Positions 9,386 to 17,987 of a stretch of 61,745 nt of DNA are shown piece by piece. The notes below the pieces were generated by a model. The model worked only from the letters and a program-made list of their open reading frames with translations, did no database searches and was not told the DNA's origin. The stretch comes from Phycisphaerales bacterium (GTDB lineage: Bacteria > Planctomycetota > Phycisphaerae > Phycisphaerales > UBA1924), in contig JBBSBC010000001.1 of the NCBI GenBank assembly GCA_038251595.1, positions 1 to 61,745 of the forward strand, written 5' to 3'. Positions within the stretch are counted from its first letter, which is position 1. Every line of letters starts with the position of its first letter. A program made the position numbers and the translations under genes.

Positions 9386-9448
9386 TGCGTGGTGTGAGGT
9401 ATGGGGTGATGGGGGGATTGGGTGACGCGGTGAGTCGGATAGATCACT

Positions 9449-11908
9449 ATGGCGAAGCGAGCGTTGAACAAAGTCGGCGTGTCGAGGTCGCGAACGGATG
9501 ATCTCCGGCGCGAGATCGATGAAGCGATGGGCGGTCGATGGGGGTGGATAGGTGGTGAGGGGTTCGGGCGGATGCTCGGCTCGCGGAACATGCTGCTGGC
9601 GTTGATGATCTGGGGTGGGTTTATTGTGGTGGTCTCGCTGGCGGTGGTGTGGACGCGCGAACAGCCGCAGGTTGCGGTTGGGCGTGTGATGAATCACACG
9701 CGGATCGCGCGGGCTGAGTTTCGTATTGAAGATGACACTGCGACGGAGCAGGCCAAGAACAACACCCGAGCGACGACCGCGCGGGTGTATGTGGAGGTGG
9801 CGGGAATTCTGGAGGAGATCCGGTCATCGCTGGAGAATCTGCCGGAGGTTGCGCTGGGGGTTGATGATCCGGATCGGATCGAGGCGGGGCTGAGGCAGCA
9901 GTTTGGGATTACGCGCGAGACGCTGACCGCGCTTCAGACGCAGATCGTTGAAGGCAAGGCGGCGCGTGAGTGGGTGCAGAAAGTTGATCGGCTGCACAGC
10001 TTGCTGCTGAGGACACCGATCCTGGAGCGCGAGACGTTTCAAGTGGAGCAGACCTCGCAGAACCGCGAGATTGAGCTGAGGTTTGTGCCTGTTGGAGGTG
10101 GCGCAAAGAAGGAACAGGGAACGGGTGGTAAAGAAGGGGTGGGTGTTGGGTGGAACCGGATGGTCGTGAGCACCGCGGGCGCGTTGAACGCGGAGAGCCC
10201 GAGGCTTGACGAAGACTTTCGACAGTTGGCAACAGGGGCCGGGTTTCGCGGGGTGTTGCTTGAGATGGTGGTGAACAGGCTGAAGAACCCGGTGCGGGCG
10301 ACGTATACGTTCGACTCGGCGGCAACATCGGCAAACCAGGACCTCGCGGCGACGGGGGTGGTTCCGGTGATTGTGAAGTATCCGGCGGGAGAAGTGATTT
10401 ATCGGCGCGGGGAGAAGCTGACCGAGACGCAGTTTAAGAAAGTTGAGCAGGCGATGCTGGTTGAGCAGCGTTCGCTGGGCTTCTGGTCGACGTGGGCATC
10501 GCGGCTGGCGGCGATGGGTGTGGTGTGCGGCGTTGCGGCGGCGGCGGCGGGATATACGGTGTTGTTTGTGCCGCGTGCGCGGCGGAACCCGATGCGGATG
10601 CTGGGATTGGCGGGACTGCTGGCGATTGCGACGTTGGCGGGGTGCTGGGCGACGGCGACGAAGCCCGCGCTGATCGTGCTGACGGGGATCGCGCCGACGG
10701 TCTTTGTGACGGCGATATTGGCCATTGCGTATAACCAACGGGTCGCGCTGGCGTATGGGTGTCTGCACGGGGTATTGATGGGGGTTGCGCTCGATCTGCC
10801 GATCGGGATGTACGCGGTGATGGTGGTGGGGGTGGGCGTTGCGGTCTGGCAACTGAAAGAGGTTCGCGATCGTGATGCGCTGATCAAGCTGGGGATCTGC
10901 GAAGGGGTTGCGCTCGCGATTGGTGTGTTTGTGGCGAGCCTGCTGGAACTGCCACCGACGGCCGCGGCGATTCATCAGGGAGGATGGGATGCGCTTTGGG
11001 CGGGGATGGGCGGGTTGCTGGTGAGCGGGGTGGTGTTGTACATTTTGCCAACGCTTGAGCGGGCATTCGGGCTGGTGACGGGGATGACGCTGATCGAACT
11101 GCGTGATCCGAAGCAGCCACTGCTGAGGCAGTTGCAGCAGCGTGCGCCGGGGACGTACAACCATTCGCTGAATGTGGCGAGCCTGGGTGAGAGCGCGGCG
11201 GAGGCGATCGGCGCGGATAGTCTGCTGACGTATGTCGGCGCGTTGTACCACGATATCGGAAAGATGAACAAGCCGGATTACTTTATCGAGAACCAATCGC
11301 CGGGGTTCAACCGGCACGACAAGCTCTCACCGGCGATGAGCCTGCTGGTGATTGTGGGGCACGTCAAGGATGGTTTGGAGTTGGCGCGCGAGTTTAACCT
11401 TCCCAAGCCGCTGCATCACTTTATTGAAGCGCACCACGGAACGACGCTGGTGGTGTATTTCTATCACCGCGCCAAGCGCCGCGCGGAAGAGCAGGCGCGG
11501 GTGGACGGTGAGGATCATCAGGATGCGGAAGTTCCGAGTGAGCTGGAATATCGATATCCTGGGCCGCGACCGAGGACGCGGGAGGCGGCGATTCTGATGA
11601 TCTGCGATGCGGTGGAGAGTGCTGCACGAGCAATGGCGGACCCGACACCGTCAAGGATTGATGCGACGGTGCGGGCGATCGCGAACAAGCGGTTGATGGA
11701 CGGACAGTTTGACGAGTGCGATCTGACGCTGCGCGAACTGAACGTGATCGTGGAGACGGTGACGAGGACGCTGACGAGCATTTATCACGGGCGGATTCAG
11801 TATCCGGGTGGAGGCTCGGTTGAGAGTGGCGTGGTGGAGGCGCGGACAGGGGTTGGATCGGAGGGGGAGAATGTGCCGCGAACGGGCGTGCAGGTCGGGG
11901 GCAGGTGA
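9449..11908 (+). CDS. 7TM-HD membrane phosphohydrolase (PgpH/YqfF-like, HDIG domain)
   Basis: Large extracytoplasmic N-domain and about 7 TM helices. The HD domain reads NHSLNVASL...ALYHDIGK...EAHHGTTLVVYFYHRA. The phoH-pgpH order is a widely conserved pairing. Confidence 0.85.
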   Translation: MAKRALNKVGVSRSRTDDLRREIDEAMGGRWGWIGGEGFGRMLGSRNMLLALMIWGGFIVVVSLAVVWTREQPQVAVGRVMNHTRIARAEFRIEDDTATEQAKNNTRATTARVYVEVAGILEEIRSSLENLPEVALGVDDPDRIEAGLRQQFGITRETLTALQTQIVEGKAAREWVQKVDRLHSLLLRTPILERETFQVEQTSQNREIELRFVPVGGGAKKEQGTGGKEGVGVGWNRMVVSTAGALNAESPRLDEDFRQLATGAGFRGVLLEMVVNRLKNPVRATYTFDSAATSANQDLAATGVVPVIVKYPAGEVIYRRGEKLTETQFKKVEQAMLVEQRSLGFWSTWASRLAAMGVVCGVAAAAAGYTVLFVPRARRNPMRMLGLAGLLAIATLAGCWATATKPALIVLTGIAPTVFVTAILAIAYNQRVALAYGCLHGVLMGVALDLPIGMYAVMVVGVGVAVWQLKEVRDRDALIKLGICEGVALAIGVFVASLLELPPTAAAIHQGGWDALWAGMGGLLVSGVVLYILPTLERAFGLVTGMTLIELRDPKQPLLRQLQQRAPGTYNHSLNVASLGESAAEAIGADSLLTYVGALYHDIGKMNKPDYFIENQSPGFNRHDKLSPAMSLLVIVGHVKDGLELAREFNLPKPLHHFIEAHHGTTLVVYFYHRAKRRAEEQARVDGEDHQDAEVPSELEYRYPGPRPRTREAAILMICDAVESAARAMADPTPSRIDATVRAIANKRLMDGQFDECDLTLRELNVIVETVTRTLTSIYHGRIQYPGGGSVESGVVEARTGVGSEGENVPRTGVQVGGR

Positions 11909-11927
11909 AGGCGAGGATGAAGAGCGG

Positions 11928-13160
11928 TTAGGGAATGTCACGACCTCTGGCACCATCAAGGGTGTGCTGGCCGGGTTCGTAATCGAGACTGTGCACGGGC
12001 ATCATCTCGGGCCCATCACCAGCGGGATAGCCGCGTGCGAAGCGGTTTGCCGGGAGCGCGATGGCGGCACCGTCGGAGAGAGCGGCTTGCCAGACTTGTT
12101 GAACATTTGCTACCTGATTTGCTGGCTGAAACGGATGATGCTCGTTCAGCAAGAGCACTTTTTTGGAGGGAAAGACCACTTCCGCAGGTCGGACGGCGCG
12201 CCACTGTGACAGACCCGTGCGCAGGCGGGGGTTCCAATAGGCGGGGTCGGCGAGGAATGTGCAGTTGTATATGTATGGTGTAGGACCCCCGCGCTGAGAT
12301 GGCGACGTGATAGTATCAAAGTATGTCGGCGGGTAAAGGGAATCATGATAAGGATTTCCGCCGTAATAAGCATCATAGAGTACGTAGTTCCAAAATTTGT
12401 ATCCCCAGAAGTACATAACTGGATAGCTCGATGGCGTTCTGGGTATGAGGATATTTGTTATTTCAATGGTTGGGCGGGTGTAGTAAGGATAGTACTCGCG
12501 GTTGTCACCCTCGTAGAGAGAAAAGATCTGGGCGTGTGAGCGAAGATTGTTGAGTGATACGGCATCGCGGGCGGTGGTGCGCACGGGCGCAAGCGATACA
12601 ATAACGAGACCGACGAGGAGGGCGATCACGGCGATCAACACCATAAGTTCGATGAGGGTGAAAGCTCGTGACCGGGAAATGGAAAGCTGGTGATCAGTCA
12701 GCGGCGGGCTTGTGGAGGTGCGGAGCGTGTGGACCGATCGGCGAGAGCCAAGAATGCCGAAGAGGGCGAGTGCGACCAGAACCGTGTTGCGTAACAGCAA
12801 GTGTTCGCTGAGTCGGTGAAGGTATGCAAACCGTTCGATCATGCCGAGGCAGTTGCAGGTGGGAGGGCGACCTTGCAAGTAGAAGGCGGCGTATGCGATG
12901 GAATATGCCGCGATGAGCATGGTGGTGCTGATCAACGAGAGACGTTGATGCTGGCCAGAGAACCAGAGCCCGGCGAAGAGGAGCTCGATGGCTGGAACAG
13001 CGATCGCAAGGATCGAATCAAAGCCGGGTGCGATACCCCATGTGGCAAGACTCAGACGAAACGCCGGAAGATCGACAAACTTTCCGATGGCAGAGATGGC
13101 CATGAAGATCATGACCAGGTCGGCGGAGCGTCTAGCGACGAATGCGGTCACGGGGTGCAT
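11928..13160 (-). CDS. fusion protein: MauE/DoxX-like 4-TM redox domain plus prepilin-type N-methylation motif/DUF1559-like pseudopilin
   Basis: Residues 1-145 are MauE-like: AISAIGKFVDLPAFRLSL..., PAIELLFAGLWF and a CNCLG motif. An internal SRAFTLIELMVLIAVIALLVGL follows, then a pseudopilin-like body. It is a single uninterrupted ORF. Confidence 0.7.
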   Translation of the reverse strand: MHPVTAFVARRSADLVMIFMAISAIGKFVDLPAFRLSLATWGIAPGFDSILAIAVPAIELLFAGLWFSGQHQRLSLISTTMLIAAYSIAYAAFYLQGRPPTCNCLGMIERFAYLHRLSEHLLLRNTVLVALALFGILGSRRSVHTLRTSTSPPLTDHQLSISRSRAFTLIELMVLIAVIALLVGLVIVSLAPVRTTARDAVSLNNLRSHAQIFSLYEGDNREYYPYYTRPTIEITNILIPRTPSSYPVMYFWGYKFWNYVLYDAYYGGNPYHDSLYPPTYFDTITSPSQRGGPTPYIYNCTFLADPAYWNPRLRTGLSQWRAVRPAEVVFPSKKVLLLNEHHPFQPANQVANVQQVWQAALSDGAAIALPANRFARGYPAGDGPEMMPVHSLDYEPGQHTLDGARGRDIP

Positions 13161-13635
13161 CGGGTTGCTCGGTGGGGAGTTCGGGATTGATCACGGCTGG
13201 TGGTCCTGGACAGGGGAGGGAAAGGGTGTCCACGAACACGGAAGTGCATATCGAGACGCTCGTTTCGCCTTCGTCGCAACCTGTGGCTCCTGCGGGCGGC
13301 TGGTCAATTGACTTACATGACCTTGACGTGCGCAGGCAAGGGACTGAAGTTCCGTAGTTGAGACCTCTGCGACCACTGCCGCCGGCCTTCGGTGGAGATT
13401 GTGCTTGAGTGATGGCCAGGCTTGGAAAGTTTACTGTGTCGCGACAATCCCAAGTGGTGGTGTTGCCCGGTTGGTTGCTGATGCATGTTCTTGGCGATGG
13501 CGCAAAGCAGCAGATCATTGAAGTCACCTGCTCCCAGCAAAGTCCGGAGACGGCCAGGGCGGGGGTTGCGAGGGTGAGTGCAGCCCCGAGAAAGACGCGG
13601 CGGAGCGTTTGAATAGTTGATGGTGAAAGTTTCAT
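13132..13635 (-). CDS. secreted cysteine-rich hypothetical protein (10 Cys in 167 aa)
   Basis: Signal peptide MKLSPSTIQTLRRVFLGAALTLATPALAVSG. Cys residues are scattered through the mature part. It overlaps the downstream MauE-fusion ORF by 29 nt. Confidence 0.55.
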   Translation of the reverse strand: MKLSPSTIQTLRRVFLGAALTLATPALAVSGLCWEQVTSMICCFAPSPRTCISNQPGNTTTWDCRDTVNFPSLAITQAQSPPKAGGSGRRGLNYGTSVPCLRTSRSCKSIDQPPAGATGCDEGETSVSICTSVFVDTLSLPCPGPPAVINPELPTEQPDAPRDRIRR

Positions 13636-13648
13636 GTTGTCAATCTTT

Positions 13649-14878
13649 TCAGTTAAGTTTAGAGGAGGAATGTTGACTCACGCGACGGAGTTTGTACCAG
13701 ACCAGAAAGCAGATGATGGCTCCAGCGGTGGTCCAACCAGCGATACGGAGGAAGGCCGAGGTGCCGCTGTTGGGAGACATGAAGACGGAGTTGATCTCAT
13801 CGATGGTTTCACGACCGTCGGGAAGGTAGCGGGTGGTCTTGCCTGTACGCAGGTCGTTGTAGATCAAGACCTTGACTTCGCCGCGGAACGAGTCTTGGGA
13901 GCCTTGCTTGGGAATATCGAAGGCTCGATCGAACGTTCCATTTGTCTCGGCGGTCGCGCCCTCGAAAATGAATACGTGGTCGAGACGGCCCTCAATACCA
14001 TAGATCTCTGTTCTTTCTGAGAACCACAGATTCAGGATCGGGTCGAGTTTCCAATCTTTAGCAATGGCTACAGGACCCGGCTTGGCAATGGCTGCATTCG
14101 GCGCGGCCTGATCGATTCGTGAGATTCTCTCGGTAAAGCCGCGATTTGCGGTTGCATCCCATCGGCCTGTAACAAGATATTCCCTGGCGGGAGCGTTGCC
14201 TGATGTTGATTTGGTCGTGAGCGTGGCACGCCAATCGCCTTGAGCGTCTGCCTGAAGTGACTCGACCACCACGTCTCTGCGTATCTGTGAAAGTCCACCA
14301 GAACTCATGATGGCCAAGTTTTCAAAGAGTTCACCAACGATGGACGCGAGGTTCTGACCGATGGGGTAGCCTTCGGTGGGGTCGATGATGGTGATGCTGC
14401 CATGATCAAATGAGATGGCGTGTCTGGGGGTGACCACCTTATCCCAGAACGAGTTGGGCGTGAACTCAGGGTCGGTGAAGCTTTCGCTGAGACGCCACGT
14501 TGTGTTGTCTGCTATCCAGGCGGTACGAGGCGTTCGCGTCGGCTGTCCCGCTCGTCGTCGCTGATAGATGCCGAAGACCTGTCGCTCGGGATGGTCGGGG
14601 TGACCCGGCACTTCGCGGGCAAGACGCGCCATTTCCGCTTCACCGGGCCAGCGATGGGTTTCGCGGATCCAAGATACACGATTCTTTCCGTAGTCGGGGA
14701 GTTTGGTAGGCGAAACCAGTTCGGCTTCAAACCATGCTTCGAGGGCGGCTGGTATCGGTTGCTCGGAAGTGCCAGTGCTGGATTGGCCACCTGAACTGGC
14801 CGCAAAACATGCTGGAACAAGCCAAAAAAGAACGATGGCGAGTCGATGATGGTGGAGGGCAGCCCTCTTGCGAAACAT
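13649..14878 (-). CDS. hypothetical secreted protein with C-terminal TM anchor and basic tail
   Basis: The start is taken at MFRKRAALHHHRLAIVLFWLVPACFAASSGG; the ORF extends up to 14944. The C-terminus is AFLRIAGWTTAGAIICFLVWYKLRR. No family recognised. The region is AT-richer than its flanks. Confidence 0.6.
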   Translation of the reverse strand: MFRKRAALHHHRLAIVLFWLVPACFAASSGGQSSTGTSEQPIPAALEAWFEAELVSPTKLPDYGKNRVSWIRETHRWPGEAEMARLAREVPGHPDHPERQVFGIYQRRRAGQPTRTPRTAWIADNTTWRLSESFTDPEFTPNSFWDKVVTPRHAISFDHGSITIIDPTEGYPIGQNLASIVGELFENLAIMSSGGLSQIRRDVVVESLQADAQGDWRATLTTKSTSGNAPAREYLVTGRWDATANRGFTERISRIDQAAPNAAIAKPGPVAIAKDWKLDPILNLWFSERTEIYGIEGRLDHVFIFEGATAETNGTFDRAFDIPKQGSQDSFRGEVKVLIYNDLRTGKTTRYLPDGRETIDEINSVFMSPNSGTSAFLRIAGWTTAGAIICFLVWYKLRRVSQHSSSKLN

Positions 14879-15145
14879 GCAACAAATGGGCGAGCACCGG
14901 CGAGAATGCCGGAACTCACGACTCATCTCCGTGCGTCTCAACACGCGGAGATTGGACTCGGGATTTGTTTCGGAGTGATTCGTAACGATGCACGTCCCAT
15001 CTCAAAGGAGGTGGATGATTTTCAAGTGCATTGCATGGTACCGTCCCCCCCGCCCCCCAGGTCCAACGAAAATTATTAAAATTTTCTGTCAGGTGTAAAG
15101 CTGAGAATGGCATCGATGTTGTCCCGACGACCGGAGGTATGAACT

Positions 15146-16624
15146 TCACGCGCTCGCAAGCGGATTTGGACCGTGAACATGATGTGGCAGCGGCATCGGT
15201 TGGTAGTGCTCATCGAGCACCGCTCGCCACTCATCCAGAGTTGCGACCGCAATGAACCTGCGGCGGACAACTTCTGACTCCGGGTGATGCGAGGCGAAGC
15301 GGATGCCGAACTTGCGCATGAGTTTGCTGGCGTGGCGTTCGCCGTTGAGGGCGGCGGAGAGGCGGAAGTGTTCGTCGAGGACGGCGCGTTGTTCGGGGAT
15401 GGTGGGGACGGTGGGGGGTTCGCCGCGGAGCATCTGGCGTGCCTGGCGGAAGATCCAGGGGTTGCCGATGCAGCCGCGGGCGACGGCGACGGCGGCGACA
15501 CCCGTGTAGCCGATCATGCTGAAGATGTCGTGGACATTCCAGACATCGCCTGAACCAAAGATGAGATTATTTCAATTCTTATGAACGATATCGCGGAGAA
15601 TATCCCACCGGCTGGGTCCGATGTACTTCTGCTGAACAGTGCGGGCGTGGACCGTTGCCCATGAAAAGCCCATGGCGAAGGCGGCCTCGAGAATGCGATC
15701 AAAGTTGGCGGCCATCTCGGGTGTGTCGTCGAAACTGCGCCGGAGCTTGACGGTGCAGGGGATGTGCGAGGGGACGGTCTCGCGCACGGCCTTGAGGATG
15801 CGGATGGCCCCGGCGGGTTCGGCGAGCCAGTGGCCGCCGCGTGCTTTGGATTTGATTTTCTTGACGGGGCAGGCGAGGTTGATGTCGATGGTCTCGAAGG
15901 AGAGATGGTGGGGAGATGAGGTGGTAGGGTGAGTGGGAGCGGAGTGAGAGGGGGAGGAGTCGATCTGGTTGATTTCGTCGATGAGGGTTTCGCAGGTTTC
16001 ATCGAGATCGGAATGCTCGTGCGAGGCGTGAACCCTTCCCGCTGCCCCCTCCCTCTGGGAGGGGGAGCCGGAGCCCCCGAAGATCGGTACGCGGCCGACT
16101 TGCTGGCCGCCGGGCAGACGGAGGTGGACATCGAAGACTTCGGCGAGTTCATCGGGTGAGAGGTGGTCGTAGGCGAGGTGGCGGTAGGCTTTGTCGGTGC
16201 GCAGTCCTTGTTCGGCGACCTTGAGTGCGGAGACGGCCATTTCCTGCGGCTCGCTGCCCATGATCTGGCAGGCGAGGGGATGATCTTCTTCACCACCGGG
16301 GATGTTGTCGTGAAGGTCGCCGAGATCGGCTTTGGTGAATCCGCGGCCGCCGGCGAGGAGGGTGCGATCGAGCAGGGCCTCGGTGACGCAGAAGGGGCAG
16401 CCGTGTCGGCGCGCGATGATGCGCATGGCGGCATCGGAATAGCCGGCGAGACCGGCTTGGAAGAAGGGGGCATCGAAGGTCGGGATGATGGCGCGGATGC
16501 GCGGATCAACCCCACCGGGCCACTTTGCGGCAAGGTCGCGTGCGACCGCCGCGGGGTCGATATGCTCACGACCGGGCGCGATGGCCGGGCTTGGGGGCGT
16601 GGCGTTGTTGCCGTGCTCGCTCAT
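15146..16624 (-). pseudogene. dus: tRNA-dihydrouridine synthase (Dus family) interrupted by an in-frame TGA at 15572-15574
   Basis: Upstream ORF: FFQAGLAGYSDAAMRIIARRHGC..., IDINLACPVKKI, TVKLRRSFDD, ATVHARTVQQKY. The same frame continues after the TGA as NNLIFGSGDVWNVHDIFSMIGYTGVAAVAVARGCIGNPWIF. A low-complexity insertion of about 110 aa precedes IDINLACP. Confidence 0.8.
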
Positions 16625-16776
16625 TCGTGCGATGATAGTGGCGGGTGGCGGGATTGGAGCGAAAGCCGATGCAAGTACAGAGCGAACACAGGGTACACAG
16701 CGATGGCACAGAGGGCAGGGAGAGGGCCAAGGCGGGTGCGATTGGTTGTTCAACCAAGCGTTTTTCTCTGCGGTCT

Positions 16777-17190
16777 ATGCGCCTTGTGTGTGTGCTCTGT
16801 GTTTCTGCCTTTGGCTTGTGGCCAGGCGGATGTACAACGGGTCCGGATGCTTCGCTGGCTGGGCCGATGTATCCGGAGCGGCGGCAGGGGCAGACGTTGG
16901 ACATTCAGATTGTGCGTGATGAGACGATCATTCGCATGACGAACACGACGGTGAAGCCGTTTGTGAACGCGCGGATGTGGGTGAACCGGTGGTACAGCAA
17001 ACCGATTGAGAAGTTTGATGTGGGGCAGACGCTGGAGCTGAGCCTGTGGGACTTCCGCGACGAGCATGGGGAGGCGTTTGAGGCGGGTGGATTCTTTGCG
17101 ACGCGGAAGCCGGATCGGCTGGTGCTTGCACAGCTTGAGGTGGGTGAGGAGTTGTTTGGGATGGTGGTGGTGGGGCGTGGGGGGGAGTGA
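16777..17190 (+). CDS. hypothetical lipoprotein
   Basis: MRLVCVLCVSAFGLWPGGC lipobox. No family recognised. The 3' end is G-run rich. Confidence 0.55.
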   Translation: MRLVCVLCVSAFGLWPGGCTTGPDASLAGPMYPERRQGQTLDIQIVRDETIIRMTNTTVKPFVNARMWVNRWYSKPIEKFDVGQTLELSLWDFRDEHGEAFEAGGFFATRKPDRLVLAQLEVGEELFGMVVVGRGGE

Positions 17191-17246
17191 GGGGGGCGGG
17201 GCAGGCACCGGGCATCGGGCATTGGGAATGCGCCGAGATGAATGAG

Positions 17247-17960
17247 TCAAAGGCAGAGGTCTTTGAATGAGGTGAGACCGATTGGTTCGCGGGCGAAGAA
17301 GGGTTCGGCGGCGGGGGTGCCGATGCGGGAACCGAAGTATGTGTTGGCCGCGTCGAGCCAGGTAATGACGGGGGCGTTTTTGGTGTTGGCGACAAACTGC
17401 GAGTGGTAGGCGAGGCAGGCGTCGCGTTTGGTCTGCTCGAAGCCGGTGATATCGATGTAGAAAGAGGGGTTGGGGGTGATGCGGAGGTGGGTGGCGTAGT
17501 AGTGGAAGAGCCACTTGGGGTAGATCGGTGGCTGGCCTTGATCGCCGGGCATGTCGAGTTTGGTGAGCTTGGCATCGAAGCGGGCATCCTCGGCGATGCG
17601 TGTGACGGCGAGGTGGTCGGGGTGGGCATCCTCGAAATAGGGCACGAAGATGATGTGGGCCTGGGTGGCGCGGATGATGCCAGCAACCTTGTGGCGGTTC
17701 TCGATGGTGTGCTGAACGGAGCGGTTTTTCAGGCCAAGCTGGATGCGTTTGACTTTGCCCGCGATTCCACCGCCGAGGACGAGCGCGGCCGCGGCGGCTT
17801 CTTTGGCGCGCGTGCCGGGATCGCCGAAGGGAGTGGGTTCTCCGTCGGTCATGTCGAGGAGTGTGACGGAATCTCCCTGCGCGGCGAGTCGGGCGATGGT
17901 TCCGCCCATTCCGAGTTCTTGATCGTCGGGGTGAGGGCCGATGACGAGGATGTTGGGCAT
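17247..17960 (-). CDS. PIG-L/LmbE family deacetylase (BshB/MshB-like)
   Basis: MPNILVIGPHPDDQELGMGGTIARL... is the signature PHPDD-E motif. HPDH occurs later in the protein. Confidence 0.85.
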   Translation of the reverse strand: MPNILVIGPHPDDQELGMGGTIARLAAQGDSVTLLDMTDGEPTPFGDPGTRAKEAAAAALVLGGGIAGKVKRIQLGLKNRSVQHTIENRHKVAGIIRATQAHIIFVPYFEDAHPDHLAVTRIAEDARFDAKLTKLDMPGDQGQPPIYPKWLFHYYATHLRITPNPSFYIDITGFEQTKRDACLAYHSQFVANTKNAPVITWLDAANTYFGSRIGTPAAEPFFAREPIGLTSFKDLCL

Positions 17961-17987
17961 GTCGGAGAATAGCTACGCTATGGGTAC

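Noticed and set aside
11928-15145. Calling the low-GC island a mobile element or prophage remnant.
   Set aside because: No integrase, transposase, tRNA attachment site or flanking direct or inverted repeats could be seen. Only compositional deviation supports foreign origin, so it is reported as an island hypothesis and not as a mobile_element feature.
15572-15574. Selenocysteine insertion at the dus in-frame TGA.
   Set aside because: Dus is not a known selenoprotein family. The position aligns to a non-catalytic residue near the IPVIANGD strand. The downstream hairpin starts 24 nt away and does not resemble the fdhF-type SECIS closely. Nonsense mutation or sequencing error is more parsimonious; this is kept only as a test within the finding.
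17961-17987. Mg2+ (M-box) riboswitch upstream of mgtE.
   Set aside because: Only 27 nt separate the divergent PIG-L start from the mgtE GTG. That is far too short for an M-box leader of about 160 nt.
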